A stretch of 64,000 bases of DNA from Patescibacteria group bacterium (lineage in GTDB: Bacteria; Patescibacteriota; Patescibacteriia; Patescibacteriales; UBA12465): contig JBAZKO010000001.1 of NCBI GenBank assembly GCA_041650775.1, forward strand, positions 65,259 through 129,258, given 5' to 3'. Position numbers and translations under genes: made by a program. The notes beneath the pieces were generated by a model. The model ran no database searches. It had not been told where the DNA came from and was given only the letters and a program-made list of their open reading frames with translations. The number at the start of each line of letters is the position of its first letter. The first letter of the stretch is position 1. This document shows positions 1 to 10,605 of this stretch, piece after piece.

Positions 1-177
1 GGCGATTTTTTCCAGTTCTGCCTGGGAATTATCGCTACTGCCGTCGTTGATAAAAATAGCCTCGCACGGCCGACCGATTTTAGCCAACTCTCCTTTTAAG
101 GCCGCAAAAAAAGACGGGAGATTTTTTTCTTCGTTATGAACCGGAACGATTAAGGAAAGATAAACTTCTTGAGACAT
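1..177 (-). CDS. Glycosyltransferase family 2 (ArnC/DPM-like), N-terminal part, runs off the window
   Basis: Manual translation MSQEVYLSLIVPVHNEEKNL...IFINDGSSD shows the GT2 IVPxxNE and DGSxD motifs; not in the ORF track. Confidence 0.85.
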   Translation of the reverse strand, partial: MSQEVYLSLIVPVHNEEKNLPSFFAALKGELAKIGRPCEAIFINDGSSDNSQAELEKIA

Positions 178-219
178 ATAATTATATTTAATCAGCCGGG
201 CTGAGAGACAAAAGACGAC

Positions 220-1509
220 TCACAGCTTTTCTTCACATTCTTCGCCGCTTTTCATGTTTTTAACCTTGTAAATTCCCCGGCTCGCCTCGTCTTCTCCGAA
301 AATAATTACCGCGTCGATTTTTTTCTTATTGGCCAATTCCAATGCCTTGCCGATTTTTTGTTCTTCCAGACCGGTTAGGACGTTAAGGCCCCGGCCGCGC
401 AGTTCGCGCGCTAATTTTTCGGTTTCATCCTTCAGTTTGTCCGTAAGCAAAGGCAGATAATATCTAACCGGTTGGTCTTTTACGGCTTGGGCCAATAAAT
501 TCCAGCTTTCCAGAAACAAACGCGTCGTCTCGTCTCCCGGCGCGAAACCGACCGCCGGAAAATTCTTCTGGCCGAAAATTTCCGCCAGGCCGTTATAGCG
601 TCCGCCGCCGAACAGGGCGCGATTATTCTCGGGATTATTATCAAAAACTTCAAAAACCAGGCCGTCATAATAATCGAAACCGCGAATGATGGCCGGCCGG
701 AATTCAATCCAGTCGCCGTAGCCGGAGGCCGTCAAACTCTTTATGACTTCAACCGTTTCCTTAAATCCCTGATTATTTTTCAAATCCGGCCAGAGCGCGG
801 CCGCTTCTTCCAGACTCCGGCTGGCCATAAATTTTTCCAAAATTAAAATTGTTTCCCGGCTTAAACCGCTGGCCGCCAGACGTTTCTTAATTTCCGGCGC
901 GCCGAGTTTATCCCATTTATCCAGTGTCCGGATAACGGCAATCTTTTCATCTGTCTTCAACTCGCCGGCACCGCTTAATACCAGAACCGCTTCAATCAAT
1001 TTTCGGTTATTAATCGCCAGCGTAAAAGAATTTTGCGGCGGATCGAATTCCAGCATCAGATCCAAAGCCAGGCGCATCGCTTCGATATCGGCGCTCAGCG
1101 CCTCACTGCCGAAAATATCGCAATTCAACTGCCAAAATTCCCGATTCCGGCCACGTTGGGGCTTTTCATTGCGCATAAAATTGGCAATGGAAAAATATTT
1201 CAACGGTTTCGGGCTGGCGCTATAAATTTTTGTAATCATCCGGACGACCGACGGCGTCATTTCCGGCCGAATACATAATTCCCGGCCGCCCCAGTCGGAA
1301 AAGGTCACTAGTTCCTTACCGCCGACGTCTTCGCCGCTCTTGGCGCGATAAACTTCGGCCGATTCGACTAGCGGCGTCAGATATTCCTCAAAGCCATAAC
1401 GCAAACAAACACGACGCCAAGTGTTAAAAATATATTTTCTAATCAAAAATTCCTCCGGCAACCAGTCCTGAGTTCCTTTCGGCTCTTGATTTGATAAAAT
1501 TTTGCTCAT
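220..1509 (-). CDS. hisS: Histidine--tRNA ligase
   Basis: PKGTQD, RPEMT, GRNREFWQ, RGFDYY and GGGRY motifs; ATG at 1509 preferred over the TTG at 1539. Confidence 0.95.
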   Translation of the reverse strand: MSKILSNQEPKGTQDWLPEEFLIRKYIFNTWRRVCLRYGFEEYLTPLVESAEVYRAKSGEDVGGKELVTFSDWGGRELCIRPEMTPSVVRMITKIYSASPKPLKYFSIANFMRNEKPQRGRNREFWQLNCDIFGSEALSADIEAMRLALDLMLEFDPPQNSFTLAINNRKLIEAVLVLSGAGELKTDEKIAVIRTLDKWDKLGAPEIKKRLAASGLSRETILILEKFMASRSLEEAAALWPDLKNNQGFKETVEVIKSLTASGYGDWIEFRPAIIRGFDYYDGLVFEVFDNNPENNRALFGGGRYNGLAEIFGQKNFPAVGFAPGDETTRLFLESWNLLAQAVKDQPVRYYLPLLTDKLKDETEKLARELRGRGLNVLTGLEEQKIGKALELANKKKIDAVIIFGEDEASRGIYKVKNMKSGEECEEKL

Positions 1510-1632
1510 ATTAGCATAATTAAAATTTCCGTCTAACAAACCGCCTGATTATTTTTAATTCTACTATTTTTATCTATTTTTCGCAAACTTTTTTACCTCT
1601 ATTCCCGACGGATTCCGGACTTTATTTTTTCT

Positions 1633-1675
1633 TTAGAAAAAATTTAATTTTTCTTAATCTTCGATTTTCTATAAT
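1633..1675 (+). promoter_or_regulatory. TTAAT-N5-TTAAT direct repeat followed by a TATAAT -10, upstream of the response regulator
   Basis: TTAAT at 1644-1648 and 1654-1658, TATAAT at 1670-1675; geometry typical of OmpR-family boxes. Confidence 0.4.
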
Positions 1676-1702
1676 GGGGACATTAATAATAAAATAATCT
1701 CT

Positions 1703-2383
1703 ATGAAAATCCTAATCATCGACGATGAACCGGCCATCGTCCAGTTCTTAAAAGACGGCCTGCAAGCGAATATGTATGTCGTTGAAACCGCGGCCGACGG
1801 CGAACGCGGCGCCTTTTTGGGCCGGACCGGCAACTATGACCTGGTCATCCTGGATTATATGCTGCCGAAACTGGACGGCGCTCAGGTCTTGGCGGAAATC
1901 CGGCGGGAAAAAAGGCATATTCCGGTCCTGATGTTGACAGTCAAATCAGAGTTGAAAGAAAAAAACGAAGCCTTCGCGCTGGGTGCCGACGATTATCTGA
2001 CCAAACCGTTCCTGTTCGACGAATTACTTTTACATGTCCGGGCGCTTCTAAAGCGGCCGGCAAAAACCGAAGGTGAATTTTTCAAAGTCGATAATTTGAC
2101 CCTGAACACGCGCAGTAAAATCGTTCGACGCGGCGGACGGGAGATTTATCTGACGCGGCGGGAGTTCGTTTTTTTGGAATATCTGATGATCAATCGGGGG
2201 AAAATAATTTCCCGCAACCAGATTCTGGAACACGTCTGGGACTATAACGCCGATCCTTTTTCCAATTCCGTAGAAACGCATCTGGCCGGTCTGCGCCGTA
2301 AATTGAACCTTAATAAAAACCGCAACCTGATTCATACTTTTACCGGCCGCGGCTATAAGTTGGCGCTGAATAAACTAGATTGA
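1703..2383 (+). CDS. OmpR/PhoB-family response regulator (no adjacent kinase)
   Basis: IIDDE, LDYMLP phosphoacceptor, GADDYLTKPF, winged-helix LT.REF...GRGYK. Confidence 0.93.
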   Translation: MKILIIDDEPAIVQFLKDGLQANMYVVETAADGERGAFLGRTGNYDLVILDYMLPKLDGAQVLAEIRREKRHIPVLMLTVKSELKEKNEAFALGADDYLTKPFLFDELLLHVRALLKRPAKTEGEFFKVDNLTLNTRSKIVRRGGREIYLTRREFVFLEYLMINRGKIISRNQILEHVWDYNADPFSNSVETHLAGLRRKLNLNKNRNLIHTFTGRGYKLALNKLD

Positions 2384-2446
2384 CAAAATTATTGATATAT
2401 TTTAGGATAACCACAGTACTTCTTTAACAGTTCAGATCCAAGGAGG
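2380..2446 (+). promoter_or_regulatory. sigma70 promoter, boxA-like motif and SD for the small membrane gene
   Basis: TTGACA 2380-2385, 17 nt, TAGGAT 2403-2408; CTTCTTTAACA 2419-2429; AGGAGG 2441-2446. Confidence 0.6.
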
Positions 2447-2455
2447 GATCCAGCT

Positions 2456-2710
2456 ATGTTACTTATTCTACAAATTATCTTAACGGTGGTCGCCTGGAAA
2501 CGGGGCTATAAAGCTTGGGCGTTGATACCGATAGTCGTCGCTGTTTCAGTAGGTCTAATAATCGGCGCCAATGGCGGAGATCCTGGGAGTGCTTTAGTTC
2601 TGGATATAATCGTCGGCGTAGTTCTGTTGCTGATGATCTTCCTGTCGCCGCGCTCTAAAAAAATAGAGCCGGAAAGTCCGGCCAACTCAGCTTCAATGGG
2701 GGCGGAGTGA
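2456..2710 (+). CDS. Small hypothetical membrane protein (about 3 TM)
   Basis: Hydrophobic 84-aa ORF with its own SD and promoter. Confidence 0.7.
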   Translation: MLLILQIILTVVAWKRGYKAWALIPIVVAVSVGLIIGANGGDPGSALVLDIIVGVVLLLMIFLSPRSKKIEPESPANSASMGAE

Positions 2711-2760
2711 ATAACTGCTGTCCGCTTCAATCAATTAGTCTCTCAAACCAACGGTTAATT

Positions 2761-2790
2761 AAAATCATCTTTTTCGAAAAAGATGATTTT
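2761..2790. terminator. Perfect 30-bp palindrome, probable bidirectional terminator
   Basis: AAAATCATCTTTTTCGAAAAAGATGATTTT between convergent genes. Confidence 0.75.
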
Positions 2791-3987
2791 TTATTTAAAA
2801 AATTTTCGGCCTTTCAATTTCTCCGGTAGGTATTCTTGATTCCTGTCATCTTGGAGCGGCGTATATTTATAATCTTTGGCGTAACCCAGATCTTTCATTA
2901 ATTTCGTCGGCGCATTCCGCAGATGAAGAGGCACCGGCAGATTGCCGGAAGTTTCCGCTTCTCTTTTGGCCGCTTCATAAGCGGTATAAGCGGCGATGCT
3001 CTTCGGCGATTTAGCCAGGTAAATAACGCCCTGAGCCAGATTGACGCCGCATTCCGGCAGACCGGTCTTATGGCAAGCTTCATAAACGGCATTGGCGAGC
3101 ATCAGCGCGCTATTATTCGCCAAACCGATGTCTTCGGAAGCGAAACGAATCAACCGGCGGGCGATATAGAGCGGATCTTCCCCAGCCTCAATCATTCGTG
3201 CCAGATAATAAATCGCCGCGTCCGCTTGGCCGCCGCGCATCGATTTATGCAAAGCGGAAATCAGATTATAATGTTCTTCACCGGTTTTATCATATAATAG
3301 ATTGGGCTTATTAATAATATTTTTAATCAATTCCGAAGTGATTTTTCCGCGCCGACTCTCCGTTCCGCCAGCGGCTTCAATGGCGCTCTCCAAGATATTC
3401 AAAGCTTTGCGCGCGTCGCCGTTAGCCAGTTTGGCGATCAAACCGCGCGTTTCTTCCGTTAATTTTACTTTTAATTCCCCGGCCGCTCGGTCGATAATAT
3501 TCTCCAGTTCCGGTGCCGCCAGCGCGTCCAAAACCACGACCTTGGCGCGCGAAAGCAAGGCGCCGTTAACGGCGAAACTGGGATTTTCGGTCGTCGCGCC
3601 GATAAGAATAATCGTTCCGTTTTCCACCTGCGGCAGAAGCGCATCCTGTTGCGCCTTGTTCCAACGGTGAATTTCATCAATGAATAATATCGTTTTTATT
3701 TTCAGTCGCCGGCTCTCTTTCGCCCGTTCCACCACTTTTTTTAAATCTTTCACGCCGCTCTCGGTCGCCGAGAATTCCACGAATTCCGACTTGGTTTCTT
3801 TGGCGATTATAAAAGCCAGGGTCGTCTTACCGCTTCCGGGCGGACCCCAAAATATCAAAGACGGAACTTTATCATTCTTAATCGCCGCATAAAGCCATCC
3901 CTTAGAACCGATTATTTTTTCCTGACCGACAAATTCCGCCAAACTCTTAGGTCGAAAATAAGTCGCCAGAGGCATATCTTTCAGCAT
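2791..3987 (-). CDS. rarA: Replication-associated recombination protein A (MgsA/RarA)
   Basis: PLA..RP, GPPGSGKT, FIDEIHR, ATTENP, SALHKSMRG, ASEDIG, HLRNAPT. Confidence 0.95.
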   Translation of the reverse strand: MLKDMPLATYFRPKSLAEFVGQEKIIGSKGWLYAAIKNDKVPSLIFWGPPGSGKTTLAFIIAKETKSEFVEFSATESGVKDLKKVVERAKESRRLKIKTILFIDEIHRWNKAQQDALLPQVENGTIILIGATTENPSFAVNGALLSRAKVVVLDALAAPELENIIDRAAGELKVKLTEETRGLIAKLANGDARKALNILESAIEAAGGTESRRGKITSELIKNIINKPNLLYDKTGEEHYNLISALHKSMRGGQADAAIYYLARMIEAGEDPLYIARRLIRFASEDIGLANNSALMLANAVYEACHKTGLPECGVNLAQGVIYLAKSPKSIAAYTAYEAAKREAETSGNLPVPLHLRNAPTKLMKDLGYAKDYKYTPLQDDRNQEYLPEKLKGRKFFK

Positions 3988-4103
3988 ATCAACATTCTAA
4001 TCCTTTTTTAGAGTTAATAAAACTATTGACAAAATAGACTAATAATGATTAAATATGGTCAGAACTTTGATAACCGAAAAGTATAAATTAAAATAAATCA
4101 GAC

Positions 4104-4595
4104 ATGGAAAAATTAAAAAAATCAGAAAAAATTTTGACGCGTGGCGCAAAGTATTTCCTTGATGCCCTTAACGCCGTCATCGCGACTCTCTGCTGTCCCC
4201 GGCTCTGGCAATCGCTTTTGATTGTCGCAATTTATTACGGCGCGTTCTACTGGGTCAGTCGATATTTTAGCCTAAAAGAAGCCGTATTAATCTATTATAT
4301 CCTGGGTCTTCTGGCTTATTTGACAATTAACGCGCTGATTCTGAAAGGACATCCGCTGATTATCGCGCTCTTTCTGGCCTTCACTATCATCATGATAATT
4401 TTTTCTTTCTTCGGCTGGGCTCTCCATTTGTTTAGCTTCTTCCAAAAAATTTTCGGAGAGACGGCTCAGATAATCTTCGACTGGCCGGCTTTGATTTCCT
4501 CCTTCATACTGCTAGCCTTAGCCGGCATAAACGTTATCATAATATATGAGAATGAAATGGAAAAATTTAATAGCCGCCACCGAACAATCGATTAA
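4104..4595 (+). CDS. Hypothetical membrane protein (about 4 TM)
   Basis: Hydrophobic ORF with TTGACA at 4026-4031 upstream and a hairpin downstream. Confidence 0.65.
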   Translation: MEKLKKSEKILTRGAKYFLDALNAVIATLCCPRLWQSLLIVAIYYGAFYWVSRYFSLKEAVLIYYILGLLAYLTINALILKGHPLIIALFLAFTIIMIIFSFFGWALHLFSFFQKIFGETAQIIFDWPALISSFILLALAGINVIIIYENEMEKFNSRHRTID

Positions 4596-4614
4596 AAAAC
4601 CAAAAAACAATCAA

Positions 4615-4640
4615 AAAACCCTCGCCACAACGAGGGTTTT
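4615..4640. terminator. Bidirectional intrinsic terminator
   Basis: AAAACCCTCG-CCACAA-CGAGGGTTTT between convergent genes. Confidence 0.75.
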
Positions 4641-5898
4641 ATTCTTTCCGCAAAGCTTCGATCGGATCCATCTTCGCCGCCCGTCGCGCCGGATAGACGC
4701 CGAAGAACAAACCGAAACCGAAAGCAAAAATCAAAGAGACAATGAACGCTTTCAGCGGAACCTTAAATGCCCAGGCAAAACCGAGAGCGCCAGCGGCAAC
4801 GGAAATCAACCAGGAAAACAAAACGCCGAAAAAAATTCCGATCAACGCGCCGAGAAAAGTTATCAAGATCGCTTCGACTAAAAACTGCGTCATGATATGG
4901 TGATAGTTGGCGCCGACCGCTTTGCGCAAACCGATTTCCGCTGTCCGTTCGCTAACGATGACATACATGATATTCAAAATTCCCACGCCGCCGACCAAAA
5001 GAGAAATCGCCACTATGGCCAACAAGAGCCAGGTTAAAGCATTAGTGACCACATCAAGCATATCCATCATATCTTCCATCGTCGAAACCCGAAAATCGTC
5101 GCGATCCGGGTCGGTGATGTCATGATTTTCCCGGACGACGCGTCGAATTTCCTCCGCCGTATCGGCCGCCAATTTCGGATCGGAGAATTGATGAATCATA
5201 TACATCAGATAATCGATCCCCATGATTCTCTTCTGCAGAGTTCTAATCGGCACGTAAACATAATCATCGAAATCCATGCCCATTGTCGCGCCACGGGATT
5301 TCATCACTCCGATTACTTTGAATTTAGCCCGTCGGATACTGACATCTTTGCCCAAAGCGTCGGAGTCGCCGAATAATTTTTCTTTCATCTTACTTCCTAA
5401 AACCGCGACTTGGGCCAAAGACCGATCGTCGTCGTCGCTGAAAAAAACCCCTTCAGCGACCTCACTTTTGTCGATATCCGGATAACTGGCGCTCAAACCC
5501 ATAAGATAAGCTTTACGGGAATCATTTCCGAAACTCACTTTTTCCTGCGCCATGACCGCGCCGTAACCGTCTGTAATGTTAGGAATTTTCTTAACATCTT
5601 CCATGTCCTCCAGAGTCAGGGTCGTCACCTGCACGCCTTCAACCATCGCCATCGAACTCTGACTGTCATTCGCCGTTCCCTTCTTAGAATTCAGGACTTT
5701 AATTTCCGTCTGGATTATATTGGTGCCGAAAGATTCGAGTTGATCGACCATTAGCCCTCTTATTCCCTCGCCCGCGGAATAAACAATAATGACGCTGGCG
5801 ATGCCGATCATCACGCCGAGTACGGTTAAAAGCGTCCGCAACTTGTTGGCGTTCATTGAGCGCAGGGCGATTTCCACGGCGAGAATAATATTATTCAT
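4639..5898 (-). CDS. MacB/FtsX-family ABC transporter permease
   Basis: LRTLLTVLGVMIG, ISLLVGGVGILNIM, ERTAEIGLRKAVGA, PARRAAKMDPIEALR. Confidence 0.93.
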   Translation of the reverse strand: MNNIILAVEIALRSMNANKLRTLLTVLGVMIGIASVIIVYSAGEGIRGLMVDQLESFGTNIIQTEIKVLNSKKGTANDSQSSMAMVEGVQVTTLTLEDMEDVKKIPNITDGYGAVMAQEKVSFGNDSRKAYLMGLSASYPDIDKSEVAEGVFFSDDDDRSLAQVAVLGSKMKEKLFGDSDALGKDVSIRRAKFKVIGVMKSRGATMGMDFDDYVYVPIRTLQKRIMGIDYLMYMIHQFSDPKLAADTAEEIRRVVRENHDITDPDRDDFRVSTMEDMMDMLDVVTNALTWLLLAIVAISLLVGGVGILNIMYVIVSERTAEIGLRKAVGANYHHIMTQFLVEAILITFLGALIGIFFGVLFSWLISVAAGALGFAWAFKVPLKAFIVSLIFAFGFGLFFGVYPARRAAKMDPIEALRKE

Positions 5899-7138
5899 AA
5901 CTTAAAGCTTCGACCGGCTCCAACTTGCTGGCCTTGCGGGCTGGATATAAGCCAAAAATCAAACCGATTAAAGTCGAAACTGACAGAGCCAAGGCGATTG
6001 AAGAAAAAGTGACGACAAAACTATAATGATACCCCAGACTATTGACGATGATAAAAATCAGCCAGGACAACAGGACCCCGAAAATAACGCCGATAGCCCC
6101 GCCGGTTAAAGTCAGGGTGACAGCTTCGATTAAAAATTGAAAAATTATATTTAAATTATTGGCACCGACCGCTTTGCGCAAACCAATTTCTCTGGTTCTT
6201 TCATTGACGCTGATAAGCATGATGTTCATGATGCCGATGCCGCCGACAATCAGGGAAATCGCGGCCATCGCCGCCAAAAAATATTTCAAAGCGTTGGTAA
6301 TAGTCATTATCATATCAAGCGCCTGAGCCATACTGCGAACCGAAAAATCATCGTCTTGTCCACTCGGGTCAGTGATATCGTGGCGGACGCGCAGAATAGC
6401 GGTGACATCGGCCATCACCTGGTCGATGTTCTTTTCACTATCGGCTTTCACCCGGATAAAACTTAAATGGTTTACGCCGTTGATTAATTTCTGGGTGGTC
6501 TTGAGCGGCAAATGGATCTGGTCGTCATAATCGACAAAAGTTACTTTACCTCGCGGTGCCATAACGCCGATTACCTCGAAAGACTGTTTCTTGATTCTTA
6601 TCTGGCGACCGATAGCGTCGGAATCGCCGAAGAGTTCTTTCTTGACCGTATCGCCCAAAACCGCCACTTTCGCCATATCCTGATCTTCTTCCGCGGTAAA
6701 AAACCGTCCGGAAGCGACTTCGCCTCCTTCCACTTTCAGATAATCCGTCGAACAGCCGTTAATATTGGTTTCATAACTGTTCTCGCCCCAACTGGCTGTC
6801 GCCATACCGCGGGAATAACCGACGGCGCCATCAATATTAACCGCCTGCTTGCGAATCGCTTCCAAATCATCATTGATTAAAGTAGTTATCTGCACGCCCA
6901 TGACCGAAGCCGGCGGTCCGTCGCTTTCCGACTTCCCCGGCAAAACACCGACTAAGTTACTGCCCAACCCTTTGACCTGATCCAAAATCAGACTCTGCGC
7001 GCCCGCGCCCAAGGAGATAATCAAAACGACCGCGCCGACGCCGATGATGATTCCCAACATCGTTAAAAAACTTCTAGCTTTTTTAGATAGAAGTGCGGTA
7101 AAAGAAATCCGGATGGCTTGGCTGATGGGCAGGCGCAT
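5891..7138 (-). CDS. MacB/FtsX-family ABC transporter permease (second paralog)
   Basis: RSFLTMLGIIIG, GGIGIMNIM, ERTREIGLRKAVGA. Confidence 0.93.
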   Translation of the reverse strand: MRLPISQAIRISFTALLSKKARSFLTMLGIIIGVGAVVLIISLGAGAQSLILDQVKGLGSNLVGVLPGKSESDGPPASVMGVQITTLINDDLEAIRKQAVNIDGAVGYSRGMATASWGENSYETNINGCSTDYLKVEGGEVASGRFFTAEEDQDMAKVAVLGDTVKKELFGDSDAIGRQIRIKKQSFEVIGVMAPRGKVTFVDYDDQIHLPLKTTQKLINGVNHLSFIRVKADSEKNIDQVMADVTAILRVRHDITDPSGQDDDFSVRSMAQALDMIMTITNALKYFLAAMAAISLIVGGIGIMNIMLISVNERTREIGLRKAVGANNLNIIFQFLIEAVTLTLTGGAIGVIFGVLLSWLIFIIVNSLGYHYSFVVTFSSIALALSVSTLIGLIFGLYPARKASKLEPVEALSYE

Positions 7139-7145
7139 GAAAAAA

Positions 7146-7859
7146 TTATTTTAATAGCTCCCCGTCGCGGGCAAAACGGCGATGTTCGATTCTTCTATCG
7201 CTGACAATCAGGCCATCTTTGAGCTTAATGACCCGCTTGGCGTGTTCGGCCGTATAAGTTTCATGAGTGACTAAGATAATCGTATTACCCTCATCATTCA
7301 GTTTTTGTAAAATTTCCATAATCTGGATGCCGGATTTGGAATCCAGATTCCCGGTCGGCTCGTCGGCAAAAATTACCGAGGGTTGGTTAACCAAAGCGCG
7401 GGCGATAGCCACGCGCTGTTTTTCACCGCCCGAAATCTGGTTGGTATAGTAATCCAAACGATGCCCTAAGCCGACGCTTTCCAACACCTCCTTGGCCCGT
7501 TTATTCGGGTCTTTTTTATTTTCCGAGTAAACCAGAGGAAGTTTGACGTTTTCTAGCACCGTCGTCCGCGGCAAAAGATTAAAGGCCTGGAAAACAAAAC
7601 CGATTTTTTTATTGCGCAGTTTGGCCAGTTGTTCTTCGTCCAGATGCGTGACATCTTTCCCCTCCAATAAATATCGTCCGGTAGTCGGACGATCCAATAA
7701 GCCGAGAATATGCATCAGGGTCGATTTTCCCGAACCGGACGGCCCCATGATGGAAACGAATTCGCCGCGTTCAATGTCAAAATTCAAGCCGTGCAGGACG
7801 GAAGTTACGACCTCGTCGCTCAGATAATCTTTATGCAAATCCTTAATGCTAATTAACAT
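7146..7859 (-). CDS. MacB/LolD-type ABC ATP-binding protein
   Basis: [27 protein letters not shown]. Confidence 0.95.
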   Translation of the reverse strand: MLISIKDLHKDYLSDEVVTSVLHGLNFDIERGEFVSIMGPSGSGKSTLMHILGLLDRPTTGRYLLEGKDVTHLDEEQLAKLRNKKIGFVFQAFNLLPRTTVLENVKLPLVYSENKKDPNKRAKEVLESVGLGHRLDYYTNQISGGEKQRVAIARALVNQPSVIFADEPTGNLDSKSGIQIMEILQKLNDEGNTIILVTHETYTAEHAKRVIKLKDGLIVSDRRIEHRRFARDGELLK

Positions 7860-7883
7860 AATTTATTTAGGAATCCTTATAAT

Positions 7884-9797
7884 TTATTTGAGAGTTTTCA
7901 CGAAGGTGACGATTTTCTGCCCCTCCGCCAGGCCGTCGCCGTTTATTTCCAACATCCCTTCGTTGCCGCTCAATCCGGTTTCCACTTTTATTTCCCGTAA
8001 GACATCTCCGGTCTCCAGAACGCGCACGAATTTTCCGGCGCCATTCTTATCGACGATCGCCCGTGCCGGAATCATAAAAATGTCGTCTTTCCGGTTAGTC
8101 GTGATTATCGCGTTAGCGGTCATACCGGCCTTGAGGTCTTTTAAATTTTCCGGCGCGTCGGTCAGATTTATTTTTACCTTATAATATATAACGTCTTGAA
8201 TAATGGTTGAGGCCGGTTCAATCGAATAAACCGAACCGCTGAATTTACGCGCTTCACCGAAAGCATCAAAGGTAATTATCGCCTGATCGCTCATCTTTAC
8301 TTTAGAAATGTCCGCTTCGGAAATATCCACTTCCACTTCAAAATTATTTTCCGTCAACATTGCCAGCGCCGCTTTCGTGCCGACCTGCTCGCCGATTTCA
8401 TAGTTGATTTTCGATACCTGGCCGTCAATCGGAGCGATAATCTGGCTGTCGGTTTCCTGCTTGCGGATCAAATCAAGATTGGACTGCGCCTGATCGAGCT
8501 GGGCTCTGGTTAAAGCGATATCTTCGGTCCGGGCCGGACTTTTAATCTTGGCCAGTTGCTTATCGGCGACGCTCCAGGCTTCTCGCGCCGCTTCCGCTTT
8601 CGCCTCCGCCGTCGTTTGCTGTGATTCGCCATTCAATTTGGCGGAATTATAAGCGTTGCGGGCAGACTGTAAAGCGTCGGTTAAATTCACTTGCGCCGCG
8701 GATAAAGTATCGGTCGCGACGGCAACATTATTTTTATAGGCTAAAACTGCGTCGCGATAAGTATAATCGGCCGTCTGAATAGCGCTCACGCCGGTATTAA
8801 CGACCGTTAGATTAGTGCTGATATTGGTTTTATAGGAATCCAAAATAGTCTGGGAAACAACGGAAGAAACGACACTATTTTCCAGGGAACTAAAACAACT
8901 GTTTAAAGTCTTATAAACATCATTTAAATAAGCCAAAACCGCGGCCGTCAAACTTTTCAGGTTGTTTTCGCTGGCTTCGGCTTGCGCCGCCAGTAAAGCG
9001 TTATTCGCCTCGATCTTCAAAGGAGCCGCGGCGTCGTAATATTTTTTAGTGTCGTTCAAAGAAGCATAATTCTTAACGCTGAAAACCTTTTCCAAATCGT
9101 CGTCGTCAAGCAGGCGGTTGACATAATCCAGGGCGGAATTGGCGCTGGAAATTTTAGCCGCCGCGGTCGTCAATAAACTGTCGCGACTATTATTGACGGT
9201 CTGCTGAGAATTGCTTTTAACATTATCCAGATTAGTCTGGGCAGTTGAAACCGCTTGTTCCAGCGGTGTGACATTAGAACTGTCGGCGGATTCAAGATCG
9301 GCCAATTTTTTGGCGGCCTGCTTTAAATTTTCCGTTACCAGTGCTTTCGTTTTATCCAGATCGGTCAAAGCGGCCTTATAAGAAGTTCTGGCCTGGTTAG
9401 CCTGAGCTTCGGCAATAGCAATATCCTGAGTCGTCGCTCCTTTCAGCAATTTATTTAGATTGGCCGCGGCCACCTCTAAACTGGAGGAGGCCTCCTTTTC
9501 CTTGATTGCCAGCGAACTTAAATCCAACTCCGCCAATATCTGGCCCTTTTTAACCAATTCGCCGACCTTAACGGCAATCCGATTAACCGCGCCGGCGGCG
9601 GCGAAATTTAATTCCATTTCTTTATTAGCCTTAATCGTTCCAACTTCGGATACGGTTTGGATCATGGTTCCTTTTTTTAGTTCGACCGTCGTATACTCCA
9701 CCTGCGGTTTCTTTTTGGCGGTCAAAGCGAAAATCACGGCTAAAACAACAATGATTATTGCGGCGATCAGCCACTTTTTTTTCTTTTTCTTTACCAT
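7884..9797 (-). CDS. Membrane fusion/adaptor protein (HlyD/MacA-like) with a very long coiled coil
   Basis: N-terminal TM, VKVGELVKKGQ lipoyl half, IIAPIDG, ISEADISKVK, LKAGMTA. Confidence 0.88.
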   Translation of the reverse strand: MVKKKKKKWLIAAIIIVVLAVIFALTAKKKPQVEYTTVELKKGTMIQTVSEVGTIKANKEMELNFAAAGAVNRIAVKVGELVKKGQILAELDLSSLAIKEKEASSSLEVAAANLNKLLKGATTQDIAIAEAQANQARTSYKAALTDLDKTKALVTENLKQAAKKLADLESADSSNVTPLEQAVSTAQTNLDNVKSNSQQTVNNSRDSLLTTAAAKISSANSALDYVNRLLDDDDLEKVFSVKNYASLNDTKKYYDAAAPLKIEANNALLAAQAEASENNLKSLTAAVLAYLNDVYKTLNSCFSSLENSVVSSVVSQTILDSYKTNISTNLTVVNTGVSAIQTADYTYRDAVLAYKNNVAVATDTLSAAQVNLTDALQSARNAYNSAKLNGESQQTTAEAKAEAAREAWSVADKQLAKIKSPARTEDIALTRAQLDQAQSNLDLIRKQETDSQIIAPIDGQVSKINYEIGEQVGTKAALAMLTENNFEVEVDISEADISKVKMSDQAIITFDAFGEARKFSGSVYSIEPASTIIQDVIYYKVKINLTDAPENLKDLKAGMTANAIITTNRKDDIFMIPARAIVDKNGAGKFVRVLETGDVLREIKVETGLSGNEGMLEINGDGLAEGQKIVTFVKTLK

Positions 9798-9833
9798 ATA
9801 TCTGATTTTAAGCGTTTATTTTAGATTTATTAT

Positions 9834-9842
9834 ATTATAGCA
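9834..9842 (-). promoter_or_regulatory. Extended -10 promoter of the first MacAB-like operon
   Basis: TGCTATAAT on the minus strand, 36 nt upstream of the ATG. Confidence 0.55.
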
Positions 9843-9858
9843 CGAAACGGTCGAAAAT

Positions 9859-10605
9859 CTATTCCCAATACAGTTTCAAACCGAGCATAATCAAGACTCC
9901 GACGACGATGCTTAACAGCTGAAATAAAGATTTATAAACGGCCGTTTCTTTCTTCAGTTCCGGAATCAAATCGGCGGTGGCGATATAGATAAAGCCGCCA
10001 GCCGTAAACGGAATGATAAATTCTGAAAAACCGGCCATTTTAGAACTGAACAAGACCGCGGCCAGAGCCCCCAAAATCGCTGTCAGAGCCGTTAAAAAAT
10101 TCAGGAACAAAGCGCGGCGGCGGGAATAGCCGGCGTAAAGCAGGACGCCGAAGTCGCCGATTTCCTGAGGAATCTCATGGGCAATGACCGCAATCAAAGT
10201 AGCTATGCCCAAAGGAACGCTGATTAAAAAAGAGCCGGCGATGACCACGCCGTCAAAAAAATTATGTAAGCAGTCTCCCACCAGATTCATCGTCCCTAGA
10301 TGATGCGGATGCGTCGGCCCGGTCTGGATATGGCAATGCCGCCAATGGACAATCTTTTCCAAGACAAAAAAAGAAACCAAGCCGATAATCAGCCACAGCC
10401 AAATTCTCAGACCGCCGTCTTTGGCCGCCGCCTCCGGCAGTAAATGCAAAAAACTGTCGCCCAGAAGAGTTCCGGCCGACAGGCTGACTAAGAATAAAGT
10501 TAATTTTTCGATGAATTTAGGAGAAAAAGACAGAAAAAAAACGCCTAGTAAAGACAGGGCGGAAACCAAAAAAACACCACCGAAAATATATAGATACAAA
10601 GACAT
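9859..10605 (-). CDS. ZIP-family metal (zinc) transporter
   Basis: HLLPEA, His-rich HWRHCH loop, DCLHNFFDG, HEIPQEIGDF. Confidence 0.92.
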   Translation of the reverse strand: MSLYLYIFGGVFLVSALSLLGVFFLSFSPKFIEKLTLFLVSLSAGTLLGDSFLHLLPEAAAKDGGLRIWLWLIIGLVSFFVLEKIVHWRHCHIQTGPTHPHHLGTMNLVGDCLHNFFDGVVIAGSFLISVPLGIATLIAVIAHEIPQEIGDFGVLLYAGYSRRRALFLNFLTALTAILGALAAVLFSSKMAGFSEFIIPFTAGGFIYIATADLIPELKKETAVYKSLFQLLSIVVGVLIMLGLKLYWE

